DNA of 64,000 bases, taken from IMG/VR virus record IMGVR_UViG_3300030433_002104, positions 41,192-105,191 of that record. One strand, written 5' to 3'. Shown piece by piece: positions 1 to 8,323 of the stretch. The position numbers and the translations under genes are program-made. The notes below the pieces were generated by a model. That model was not told the origin of the DNA. It saw nothing but the letters and a program-made list of their open reading frames with translations, and made no database searches. Each line of letters begins with the position of its first letter. The stretch's first letter is position 1. The stretch comes from a virus (lineage: Duplodnaviria; Caudoviricetes).

Positions 1-2
1 AT

Positions 3-530
3 TCTGAATATGGAAAGAAGATTTTCATTATCACATACAGCAAGGAATTTTGGGATGTTGATGGGGACTATCCGCCTAAACCTTATCGGCTTCCAAAAGA
101 TCCACCAAATATATTTACAAAAAAGGAAAAAGACCGATGCATTAGAGATTTTTGGGGTATGTGCTGGGACTTAGGAGTAGTTATTGAAAAATGTTACTAC
201 TCAGAAATGACAAGAAACATACATGACATGATGGCTTACTTTTATGATAAACCTCTTGGCCATCCTCATGGATTATTCACCGGGACTGCAACAGTACTAG
301 ACTACACAAAAAAATACAAGAATATTAGTATAGCAGGACTGGGGAATGAATCAACATATTCACACGATAAAATAAATTTCAGAAAAGACAAAAACAGATA
401 TTACGGAAAGACTAGACCTCTAGCGGCAAACATAAGGCTGGAGTACGATCAGTTTTTTATCAGGCAGGCTATCAAGTCTGGAAGAATCAATAGGTTAGAT
501 GATGAAAATTGTAATACCATTCAAGTTTGA
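3..530 (+). CDS. 5'-truncated glycosyltransferase, possibly GT29/sialyltransferase-like
   Basis: Frame is open from position 3 (SEYGKKIF...). FTGTATVLDYTKKYKNISIAGLG resembles sialylmotif S, and the C-terminal LEYDQFFIRQAIKSGRINRL resembles GT29-like ends. Overlaps the CMP-sugar synthetase gene. Confidence 0.4.
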   Translation, partial: SEYGKKIFIITYSKEFWDVDGDYPPKPYRLPKDPPNIFTKKEKDRCIRDFWGMCWDLGVVIEKCYYSEMTRNIHDMMAYFYDKPLGHPHGLFTGTATVLDYTKKYKNISIAGLGNESTYSHDKINFRKDKNRYYGKTRPLAANIRLEYDQFFIRQAIKSGRINRLDDENCNTIQV

Positions 531-1161
531 CTCTACTAGACTACCAAATAAAAACATCATAGAGTTTGCAGACGGAAAGTCTTTGTTAGACATTAGCGTT
601 GAGAACTTTAAAAAACATAACCATGAAGTATTTTTAGCGTGTGAGGATAGAGGAGAGACATATGATCTCCTTAAAAAGTATGATGCACAGCATATACCAC
701 TCAGCGACACATCGAATCAGTGGCTAAACGTTTTAATTGAGCTCTCAGAAAGTTTGAATAAAAAGTTTTCGCCAAAAGAAGCAGTTTGTTTCTGGCAATG
801 CATAATGCCATTGTTTTGGCTGTATAATGATATAGAAGTTTTTTTTGACTTTGCAAAGGAAAATATAGGTAAATACGAGTCGGTAATCCCCGTCTATGAG
901 TTTAAAGACTATCTTGTAGATGAAAACTTGCAAGGCTTAAATTTTGGCCCCGGAAGCTGGCATGTGCCTTCTCAAAACTTACCAAAGATTTATTATATAA
1001 CACCAATGTGCGTGACGACACCAAGCGTGTTACACAAATATAGATATACATACTCACCAAACTCTGTATTGTGGACGGCAAAAGGGCCGTATATTGATAT
1101 AGACACGCAGGAAGAATTTAATATAGCCAAACTAATATGGAACGATCATCAACAAAGGTAA
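499..1161 (+). CDS. neuA: Acylneuraminate (CMP-Neu5Ac/nonulosonate/KDO-type) cytidylyltransferase
   Basis: N-terminal IVIPxKxxSTRLPNKNI..xGKSL and C-terminal IDIDTQEEF motifs of the CTP_transf_3 family. Confidence 0.85.
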   Translation: MMKIVIPFKFDSTRLPNKNIIEFADGKSLLDISVENFKKHNHEVFLACEDRGETYDLLKKYDAQHIPLSDTSNQWLNVLIELSESLNKKFSPKEAVCFWQCIMPLFWLYNDIEVFFDFAKENIGKYESVIPVYEFKDYLVDENLQGLNFGPGSWHVPSQNLPKIYYITPMCVTTPSVLHKYRYTYSPNSVLWTAKGPYIDIDTQEEFNIAKLIWNDHQQR

Positions 1162-1202
1162 ATTATAGTTATAAAAGACTTAATAGTTCAGGAGAATCAT
1201 TA

Positions 1203-2234
1203 ATGACTAAGAATTATATTAGTGAAATAGACAAAGTTTATTATGAAAATACATATGGAACTTCAGAAGAAATTACTGAAGATAACTTCCATATCCCCTC
1301 AGAAGAAGACTATGTTTCTGCTGAAGAGGTGTACCACGAAGAGTCTGAAGTAGAAGAGTGGGATATTTCAGAAGCAAAGCCCGGCCTTTGGGAAAACATT
1401 CGCAAGAAGAAAGAAAGGGAAGGCAAAAACTATAAGCCAGCCAAGACAGAGAAAGAAGGCAGGCCGAGCCAAGAAGAACTTAAGAAAGCTCAATCTGACA
1501 AGCCCGGCCCAAAAGATCCTCGTAGAACTCCTGCGCCTAAAAAGGATCAAAAGAAAGGCTCAAAAAAGAATAAGCCTGACAGTGCCAAAAACCCCAGCGG
1601 AAAGATCACGTTTAGCAAAGAGGTTACTGCTCAACTTTCTAAAAAGGTAAAGGAACACAACGCTAAAGGCAAAGGCTCAAAAGCTACGCTTGGTATGCTT
1701 AAAGCTGTGTACCGTAGAGGTGCTGGAGCTTACTCTACTAGTCACGCTCCAAAGATGAGTCGTCATGGGTGGGCTATTGCTAGAGTAAATGCGTTCTTGA
1801 CACTACTAAGAACTGGTAAACCTTCTAACTCTGCTTATACCCAAGACAATGATCTCTTGCCAAAGGGTCATCCTAAAAAATCAAAAGCCGCCTATCAGTA
1901 TGAAAACCCAAAAACTGGCGAGTTATTTAACTACTCCAGAAAAGGAATATACAAGAAAGATGGCGTAAACCTTGTTTACAAAGGTAAGGCCGCAGAATAT
2001 CAAGGCAGAAAAGTTAAACTTGGCAAGCCATTCAGAACTCCTGATGGGCCAAAAAAGTTTTCTGTATATGTAAAGAACGATAAAGGAAATGTTGTTAAAG
2101 TTAACTTTGGAGATCCTAATATGGAAATCAAGAAGGATAATCCAAAACGTCGTAAAAGTTTTAGAGCAAGACACAAGTGTGATACTCCCGGCCCTCGCTG
2201 GAAGGCACGATACTGGTCTTGCAGAAAATGGTAA
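1203..2234 (+). CDS. Modular basic phage protein (acidic leader plus Lys/Arg-rich modules, DUF5824-like and DUF6321-like); possible internal head protein
   Basis: ATG at 1203 after GGAG. Modules GLWENIRKKK, LKAVYRRGAGAY...WAIARVNAFL and EYQGRKVKL...FGDPNM...SFRARHKC...ARYWSCRKW are typical of large-phage proteins. Confidence 0.65.
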   Translation: MTKNYISEIDKVYYENTYGTSEEITEDNFHIPSEEDYVSAEEVYHEESEVEEWDISEAKPGLWENIRKKKEREGKNYKPAKTEKEGRPSQEELKKAQSDKPGPKDPRRTPAPKKDQKKGSKKNKPDSAKNPSGKITFSKEVTAQLSKKVKEHNAKGKGSKATLGMLKAVYRRGAGAYSTSHAPKMSRHGWAIARVNAFLTLLRTGKPSNSAYTQDNDLLPKGHPKKSKAAYQYENPKTGELFNYSRKGIYKKDGVNLVYKGKAAEYQGRKVKLGKPFRTPDGPKKFSVYVKNDKGNVVKVNFGDPNMEIKKDNPKRRKSFRARHKCDTPGPRWKARYWSCRKW

Positions 2235-2245
2235 GAGGTGCTACA

Positions 2246-2407
2246 ATGAAAACGTTACTTAGTTTTATTTTTGTTTTTGGTGTTATGATGACGCTTGGTT
2301 GTATGGACGGACAGCCCTTACCTTGCGAAATATGTGAAGGGGATTGCCCCTGCTCAGATGGAACTTGCATCTGTGATATTAATTGTACATGTCCAAATTG
2401 CGCCTAA
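2246..2407 (+). CDS. Small Cys-rich (metallothionein-like) lipoprotein
   Basis: ATG 2246 after GAGG; hydrophobic signal ending in lipobox-like TLGC; mature part CEICEGDCPCSDGTCICDINCTCPNC. Confidence 0.65.
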   Translation: MKTLLSFIFVFGVMMTLGCMDGQPLPCEICEGDCPCSDGTCICDINCTCPNCA

Positions 2408-2457
2408 TACGTTGACCCTAATCAGGCAACAGCGCGCAGTATTATAGGAGTAATTTT

Positions 2458-3669
2458 ATGGACAGGCGAAGTTTTTTAGCTGGATTTTCTTCTCTTCCAC
2501 TGGTAGACTTGTTAAGTGCTAATGCAGAAGAAATGCGGAAGAATAATAAATCCGCTATACTATTATGGATGGGTGGTGGCCCTTCGACTATGGATCTTTG
2601 GGACTTAAAGCCGGAAGCGCCTACAGGCGGGCCATTTAGACAAATATCCACAACTGGAGACGTGCAGATATGCGAACACTTGCCTTTAATGGCAAAGCAA
2701 ATGCACAATATGGCAATCATCCGATCCATGAGTACCCGTGAAGCTGACCACATGCGTGGGCGGTATTACATGCACACTGGCTATGTTCCCAACCCCAGTA
2801 TTGAGCACCCTAGCTATGGTGCTGTATTATCGCATCAGCTACACAGAAATAATCTAGATATTCCGCAATTCGTCTCAGTCGGAGGAGGAAGTATTGGCGG
2901 AGGGTTTTTAGGTATGAACTATTCACCATTCGTTGTTAACAGCGATGGCAGAGTTCGCAACCTAGACATAAAACCTGACGCAAGATTCCTGCAAAGAGCT
3001 TATGCATTAGATGTCATCGAAAATGGTTTTATTAACCAGAAGAGAGGCTCTATGGCTAAAGATCACAGAGATGTTTTGAGACAGGCATTTAGCTTGCTAA
3101 CCAGCGAACAAATGGAAGCGTTCAAGGTTGCAGGTGAGCCTGATGCGGTTAAAGATAGATATGGAGACAACAACTTCGGCAAGTCATGCCTAATGGCTAG
3201 AAGGCTTGTCGAGGTTGGAGTCCCTTTTATAGAAGTAAACTTGGGAGGCTGGGACAATCACCAGAACATATTCCCAACATTAAGAGACAATAAATTGCCC
3301 ATGCTGGATCAAGGCATGAGCGCACTAATCGAGGATTTAGAACAAAGAGGGCTTCTGGAGGATACAGCTATAATCTGGATGGGCGAATTTAGTCGCACGC
3401 CTCGTATCAACCAAAATGCTGGCCGTGACCATTGGGCACGAAGCTGGAGTGTTGTCGTTGGAGGAGCTGGTATGAACGGTGGCATTGCCATCGGTGAAAC
3501 TAACTCAGACGGCACACGGGTTGAGACAGAACCATACAGCTCACAAGATGTTATGGCTTCTGTATGTAAAGCTCTTGGTATATCCTTGACAACTACATTC
3601 ACGAGTAAGAACGGCAGACCTATGAAGATAGCTAATTCAGGAAAAGTAATTACTGATCTATTTTCTTAA
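2458..3669 (+). CDS. DUF1501 domain protein with twin-arginine (Tat) signal
   Basis: MDRRSFL signal; ILLWMGGGPSTMDLWDLKP, GGWDNH, MGEFSRTPRIN and GRDHW motifs typical of planctomycete DUF1501; RBS AGGAG. Confidence 0.92.
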   Translation: MDRRSFLAGFSSLPLVDLLSANAEEMRKNNKSAILLWMGGGPSTMDLWDLKPEAPTGGPFRQISTTGDVQICEHLPLMAKQMHNMAIIRSMSTREADHMRGRYYMHTGYVPNPSIEHPSYGAVLSHQLHRNNLDIPQFVSVGGGSIGGGFLGMNYSPFVVNSDGRVRNLDIKPDARFLQRAYALDVIENGFINQKRGSMAKDHRDVLRQAFSLLTSEQMEAFKVAGEPDAVKDRYGDNNFGKSCLMARRLVEVGVPFIEVNLGGWDNHQNIFPTLRDNKLPMLDQGMSALIEDLEQRGLLEDTAIIWMGEFSRTPRINQNAGRDHWARSWSVVVGGAGMNGGIAIGETNSDGTRVETEPYSSQDVMASVCKALGISLTTTFTSKNGRPMKIANSGKVITDLFS

Positions 3670-3678
3670 GGTGTAAAA

Positions 3679-3993
3679 ATGAATTTCTTCAAGAACGCTG
3701 TTTATGTACTCGTATTTATTAATTTAGTAAGTTTAGGTTTTAATGGCTGGATGTACAAGGAGCTACATGAGCCTGATATTATTATGGCCTCAGACCCTGC
3801 GCTCCGCACTCTAATCGAAGAATGTAGAGCTAGAGATACCCACATATTAAAGGCCATACTTCTAACTCATCATCGCCTTGGTATTCATCCGCCAATGCAA
3901 CAAGATATGTGCCCAGCATGTGAGGAAATGAAGGGTAATGTTGCAGAGGACAATACCAAAACTATTAAAACTATAAAATATCTTGAAAACTAG
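3679..3993 (+). CDS. Hypothetical membrane-anchored protein with His/Cys cluster
   Basis: N-terminal hydrophobic helix; HHRLGIH and CPAC motifs. Confidence 0.6.
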   Translation: MNFFKNAVYVLVFINLVSLGFNGWMYKELHEPDIIMASDPALRTLIEECRARDTHILKAILLTHHRLGIHPPMQQDMCPACEEMKGNVAEDNTKTIKTIKYLEN

Positions 3994-4012
3994 TGTTTTA
4001 TACGCTTGATTT

Positions 4013-4044
4013 GACTATAATATAATAACGGGATAATTACCCGT
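4013..4044 (+). promoter_or_regulatory. Putative promoter of the replication genes with downstream hairpin
   Basis: Overlapping TATAAT boxes at 4016-4026, then ACGGG-N7-CCCGT; shares TAATATAATAA..ACGGG(G)ATA with 7965-7987. Confidence 0.5.
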
Positions 4045-4077
4045 ACTAATATTGAAACTTGTATTGAAGGATTAATT

Positions 4078-5709
4078 ATGGACTGGGCTCCACTGTGCAA
4101 CTATACGCACTACAGTTTACTAAAAGGATACTCAAAGCCAGCACAGCTGGCGGCTAAGTGTAAAGAAAACGGTTACAAGTTCTGCGGCATTGCTGATTAT
4201 AAGTCAGTTTCGGGGGCCGTGAACTTTGTTAAGTCTTGTAAAAAGCATGGCGTTAAACCTATCATTGGTTGTAGCTTTGACGGATTCACGCTTTTTGCTA
4301 AGAATATAGAGGGCTGGTTCGACCTCATCAAGCTAATCTCTAGCCTAGATGAGGAAGGCCAGTTATCTCAAAAATATCTTATCTCCATCTGCTCTAAAGG
4401 CAACTTAATTTCTGTTGCAAAAGATGAGAAACTATCCCCAATTTCTGGCGACGACTTCTATAAAAAGACGGAATGGCTCAGAGACATCTATTACTGCGAA
4501 AAAAGTGACGCAGAACTCCACAGAATTTTACTATGTTCTAGTATGAAAAAGACGCTGCCAAAAGTTTACTCAGCGCTAAAAAAACATGAAGAAATTGACA
4601 ACAAAGAGTTCTTCATATCAAACGAATTTCATATGCCTAACAGAACAGAAATCTGCGAGCTAGTAGGTGAAGAGGGTGAACAGGCGGTAACTGAAATTTG
4701 TGAAAAATGTGAAGACTTCGACATCCTAAGAAAGCCATCTCTTCCTACATTTAAGACACCAACAGGAGAGTCTGAAGAAGAGTATCTAAAACAGCTATGT
4801 AGAGAAGGTTGGAGAGACCTATTAATAAATGCTGACAAAGTAAAGGACGAAGATAAAAAGCAACAATACCTAGAACGATTTAAGTCTGAATTTGACGTTA
4901 TCAACGATGCTAATCTTTTCGGGTATTTCCTGATCGTCCGTGACATCATTAATTATGTAGAAAGCAAGGGATGGCTATCTGGGCCGGGGCGAGGTTCTGC
5001 GGCGGGCTGCTTAATCTCATACCTCATTGGTATCACTAAGATTGATCCTATTGAGTTTGATCTACTCTTTGAGAGATTTTATAATAGCGGAAGAAATACA
5101 GAAGACCACGTTTCGTTGCCAGATATTGATATTGACGTGCCGGGCAAGAAACGCGATGAAATAATAACATACCTCAAAGACACATATGGTCATAACAGTG
5201 TTAGTCAGATGCTTACATTCGGCAGACTTCAGGGTAGAAGTGCTATTAAAGAAGTGCTGAGAATGAATGAGGCTTGCTCATTTGGCGAGATGAACGAAAT
5301 ATCAAAAGTCATCCCAAACGAAGCAGATGTATCTGATCAGTTACAGGCTATGGATGAAGAAGATAGGTCTATTATAAAGTATGCACTTATTAATAATCAT
5401 GAAGAACTCAGAGACTATTGTTTTGTAAATGACAATGGCGAACTTGAGGGTGATTATGCAAAATATTTTGAACAGGCGATAGAGATAGAGGGAACATTCA
5501 AGACTCAGGGAAAACACGCAGCGGGCGTTGTAATTTCTTCAGACAACCTGAATGAGTCATGCCCAATGGTTCCTCAAAGAAATAGTGATGAGAAAATTGT
5601 AGGTATTGAAATGACAGACTTAGAAGCATTAGGATATGTGAAGTTTGATGTTCTTGGTATCAACCTTTTAGACAAGATTATGAAAATAGAGGAATTTTTA
5701 GATGCATAG
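4078..5709 (+). CDS. dnaE: DNA polymerase III alpha (DnaE), N-terminal subunit (degenerate PHP plus palm/thumb)
   Basis: HYSLLKG, GPGRGSAAG, LLFERF, PDIDID, GKHAAGVVIS and KFDVLG motifs; ends just after KFDVLG. Confidence 0.95.
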   Translation: MDWAPLCNYTHYSLLKGYSKPAQLAAKCKENGYKFCGIADYKSVSGAVNFVKSCKKHGVKPIIGCSFDGFTLFAKNIEGWFDLIKLISSLDEEGQLSQKYLISICSKGNLISVAKDEKLSPISGDDFYKKTEWLRDIYYCEKSDAELHRILLCSSMKKTLPKVYSALKKHEEIDNKEFFISNEFHMPNRTEICELVGEEGEQAVTEICEKCEDFDILRKPSLPTFKTPTGESEEEYLKQLCREGWRDLLINADKVKDEDKKQQYLERFKSEFDVINDANLFGYFLIVRDIINYVESKGWLSGPGRGSAAGCLISYLIGITKIDPIEFDLLFERFYNSGRNTEDHVSLPDIDIDVPGKKRDEIITYLKDTYGHNSVSQMLTFGRLQGRSAIKEVLRMNEACSFGEMNEISKVIPNEADVSDQLQAMDEEDRSIIKYALINNHEELRDYCFVNDNGELEGDYAKYFEQAIEIEGTFKTQGKHAAGVVISSDNLNESCPMVPQRNSDEKIVGIEMTDLEALGYVKFDVLGINLLDKIMKIEEFLDA

Positions 5710-6376
5710 AGATTATATTGTATTCGACTTTGAAACTGGTTCTAGAAACCCAAGAAAAACACAGCCAACACAGATTGCGGCTTTGGCTCTAGATGGTAGA
5801 AACTTCAAACTAAAGGGAACCTTTAATAGTGAAATCCGTCCAATCTTGGATGATGAAAAGGCTATCGAGATGGGCTTTGACCCACTAGAGGATGAGGCAC
5901 TTCGCATCACAGGTAAGAACAGGGATGATCTGGCTAAAGCACCTATGCCAAAGACGGTATGGAAGAAGTTCTGTAACTTTGTTAATCAATACAATTGGAA
6001 GGGCACACAGTTTTTTGCTCCTATCCCAGCAGGCTTTAATATTATTGGCTTTGATATGATTATCATCGACCGTCTATGTAAGGCATACGGCCCATACGAC
6101 AAAGAGCGAGAGCAGCAAAAGCTCTTTAATAAAATATATAAAGTAGACATGATGGATAATATGTTTATGTGGACTGAAGGAGATCCAGCTGTGAAGTCTA
6201 TTAGTATGGATTCACTTAGGGATAGAATGGGGCTGAGCAAAGAAAATGCCCACGATGCCCTGCAGGACGTAAAGGATACAGCGAACATAATGATTAAATT
6301 TATGAAAACACATAGATCTGTATACAGAAACTTAACTATTGATAAAGCATTTGCGGACGGCGAACTATATGTCTAG
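5702..6376 (+). CDS. dnaQ: DEDDh 3'-5' exonuclease (DnaQ/epsilon-like proofreader)
   Basis: ExoI VFDFETG, ExoII GFNIIGFD, ExoIII HDALQD. Confidence 0.88.
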   Translation: MHRDYIVFDFETGSRNPRKTQPTQIAALALDGRNFKLKGTFNSEIRPILDDEKAIEMGFDPLEDEALRITGKNRDDLAKAPMPKTVWKKFCNFVNQYNWKGTQFFAPIPAGFNIIGFDMIIIDRLCKAYGPYDKEREQQKLFNKIYKVDMMDNMFMWTEGDPAVKSISMDSLRDRMGLSKENAHDALQDVKDTANIMIKFMKTHRSVYRNLTIDKAFADGELYV

Positions 6377-7940
6377 AGAGATTGATTATAACTGCGATAA
6401 AACTTGGGATCTTTTCCACGAAGGCAAGACCAAAGGCGTGTTCCAGTTAGAAAGTAACTTGGGTAAATCTTGGTCTAAGAAATTAAAACCAAGTAATATG
6501 GAAGAGCTATCAGCTCTAATTGCACTAATTAGGCCGGGATGTCTAAAAGCCATCTCTGATGGCAAGTCAATGACCCAGAGATACATTGATAGAAAACATG
6601 GCTTAGAAGATGTAGAATATCTACATGAATCTTTGGAAGAAATACTAAAACCAACGTATGGGGTTCTAGTTTACCAAGAGCAATCTATGAGAATTGCACA
6701 AAAACTAGCAGGGTTTAATCTCCAAGAAGCCGACGTTTTAAGAAAAGCGATTGGTAAGAAGAAGGCAGACCTGATGGCCGAGGTGAAGAAAGACTTTATC
6801 AAAGGTTGCAAGAAAGAAAAGATTGTATCAGAAGAAATAGCAGAAGAGATATTCGGATGGATTGAAAAGTCATCTAGGTATTCTTTTAATAAGTCTCATG
6901 CAGTTGCTTACGGTATGTGTTCTTACTGGAGTGCATACCATAAAGTACATAATACTGAAGAGTTCTTTCTAGCCTATTTATACCACTCAAACGAAAAGCA
7001 GGACGCTCACGAAGAAGTATATGAGCTTGTAACAGACGCAAAGCTTTTCGATATAGAAGTAAAGACTCCTAACATCACCAACTTCTCAGAAAAGTTCAGC
7101 ATGGAAAAGGGCAAGATATACTTTGGTGTTAAGGATATAAAGTCTTTGACCGGCAAGACTGGAGATAAGGTTGTGGCTGGAATAGCTGAACTAAAAGATG
7201 AGCTAGGTAAATCCACCAAGAGTTTTAGTTGGTTAGAAGTATTACTATTTCTAAGTACAAAAATAAACTCTACAGCTTTTAAGGCTTTGGCGTCAGTTGG
7301 TTTCTTCAGGGGTTTCAAAGATAGAATCTCTAGGAATAGGGCGCTGTATGAATATGAAATCTTTCGTGGATTAACAAAGGCTGAGCAGACATGGGTCAGA
7401 GAAAATTACAAGTCAAAGAGATGGCCCGACCTAGCTAGCTGCTTGCAAGACCTTGCCCCCACAAAGAAAGAAGGTGGCGGAACTAGCAAAGTAGAGAGGA
7501 GTCAATATGTACAAAACGAGATCCACTTTCTGCAAAACCCTCCTTATGACTTGTCGGACGACCCATCTTGGGTGGTAGATCAGGAAGTTAAATTCTTAGG
7601 CTGTCCAGTGTCAATGGCAAAGATAGAGGCATCAGATACATCTGCCGCAAATACTAGTTGTAAAGAAATAGTAGACGGCAAAAAGGGTAAAAACCTACTA
7701 GTCGCTGGCAATATTAAAAGAGTAGCTGACTACAGGATTAGCAAGGGCAAATCCAAGGGGAAATACATGAGCTTCTTGACAATAGAAGATGAAAGCTGTT
7801 TACTAGACAGTGTAATAGTTTTCCCAGAATGTAGAGATAAATATCAATACCTACTGTACGAAGGTAACAACCTACTGTTTGGCGGATCGGTCTCTAAACA
7901 GGACGATAGTTTTGTAGTAAATAATATTTTTGAAATTTAA
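6369..7940 (+). CDS. dnaE: DNA polymerase III alpha (DnaE), C-terminal subunit (fingers, HhH, OB)
   Basis: GVFQLES, ALIRPG, TYGVLVYQEQ, LRKAIGKK, YSFNKSHAVAY, OB-type MSFLTIED...VIVFP; likely start ATG 6369. Confidence 0.95.
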   Translation: MSREIDYNCDKTWDLFHEGKTKGVFQLESNLGKSWSKKLKPSNMEELSALIALIRPGCLKAISDGKSMTQRYIDRKHGLEDVEYLHESLEEILKPTYGVLVYQEQSMRIAQKLAGFNLQEADVLRKAIGKKKADLMAEVKKDFIKGCKKEKIVSEEIAEEIFGWIEKSSRYSFNKSHAVAYGMCSYWSAYHKVHNTEEFFLAYLYHSNEKQDAHEEVYELVTDAKLFDIEVKTPNITNFSEKFSMEKGKIYFGVKDIKSLTGKTGDKVVAGIAELKDELGKSTKSFSWLEVLLFLSTKINSTAFKALASVGFFRGFKDRISRNRALYEYEIFRGLTKAEQTWVRENYKSKRWPDLASCLQDLAPTKKEGGGTSKVERSQYVQNEIHFLQNPPYDLSDDPSWVVDQEVKFLGCPVSMAKIEASDTSAANTSCKEIVDGKKGKNLLVAGNIKRVADYRISKGKSKGKYMSFLTIEDESCLLDSVIVFPECRDKYQYLLYEGNNLLFGGSVSKQDDSFVVNNIFEI

Positions 7941-7962
7941 TGTGCTTTAGGTATTAGTTCTT

Positions 7963-7990
7963 GCTAATATAATAAGGTACGGGGATATAA
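7963..7990 (+). promoter_or_regulatory. Putative promoter upstream of ssb and the glycosylation cluster
   Basis: TATAAT at 7968-7973 in the intergenic gap; motif shared with 4018-4035. Confidence 0.45.
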
Positions 7991-8005
7991 ACGGAAAGTA
8001 ATAAT

Positions 8006-8323
8006 ATGAATTTTTGTTCTTTTACTGGGTTCTTAGTTGATGACCCAAAGTTGGAAGATGATAATAACGTGAGTCTACTAAGGTTCACCATCGTGTGCTA
8101 TACGTATAGAAAGACGAAAAGCACTGGAGAAAAAAGCAGGATTCCAACATTCATGAGCTGCGAGGCTTGGCATACTGGCGCTGAGACAATAGCTAAGTTC
8201 GCAAAAAAAGGTACTAAGATACACATCCATGCCTCGGCTAGGAATCCAGCCAAAGGTAAATCTGGGATAGTATTCAGAGTTAATGAGTTTGACATTATAA
8301 ACCAAGAGGCATCAGATGCGTAA
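8006..8323 (+). CDS. ssb: Single-stranded DNA-binding protein (short, no long acidic tail)
   Basis: MN...GFLVDDPKL...FTI...TFMSCEAW...AETIAKFAKKG pattern of the SSB OB fold. Confidence 0.75.
   Translation: MNFCSFTGFLVDDPKLEDDNNVSLLRFTIVCYTYRKTKSTGEKSRIPTFMSCEAWHTGAETIAKFAKKGTKIHIHASARNPAKGKSGIVFRVNEFDIINQEASDA

Noticed and set aside
2412-2445. Sigma70 promoter TTGACC...TATTAT before DUF1501
   Set aside because: The spacer is 22 nt, too long
5702-6376. TAG stop-codon reassignment (both dnaE-N and the exonuclease end in TAG)
   Set aside because: Read-through of dnaE-N meets TGA within eight codons, the downstream genes are in other frames, and genes across the window are intact under code 11
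5600-6450. Split intein joining the two DnaE halves
   Set aside because: No C/S-initiated N-intein block after the extein and no HN-C/S/T end before the C-extein; both ends align directly to the DnaE linker
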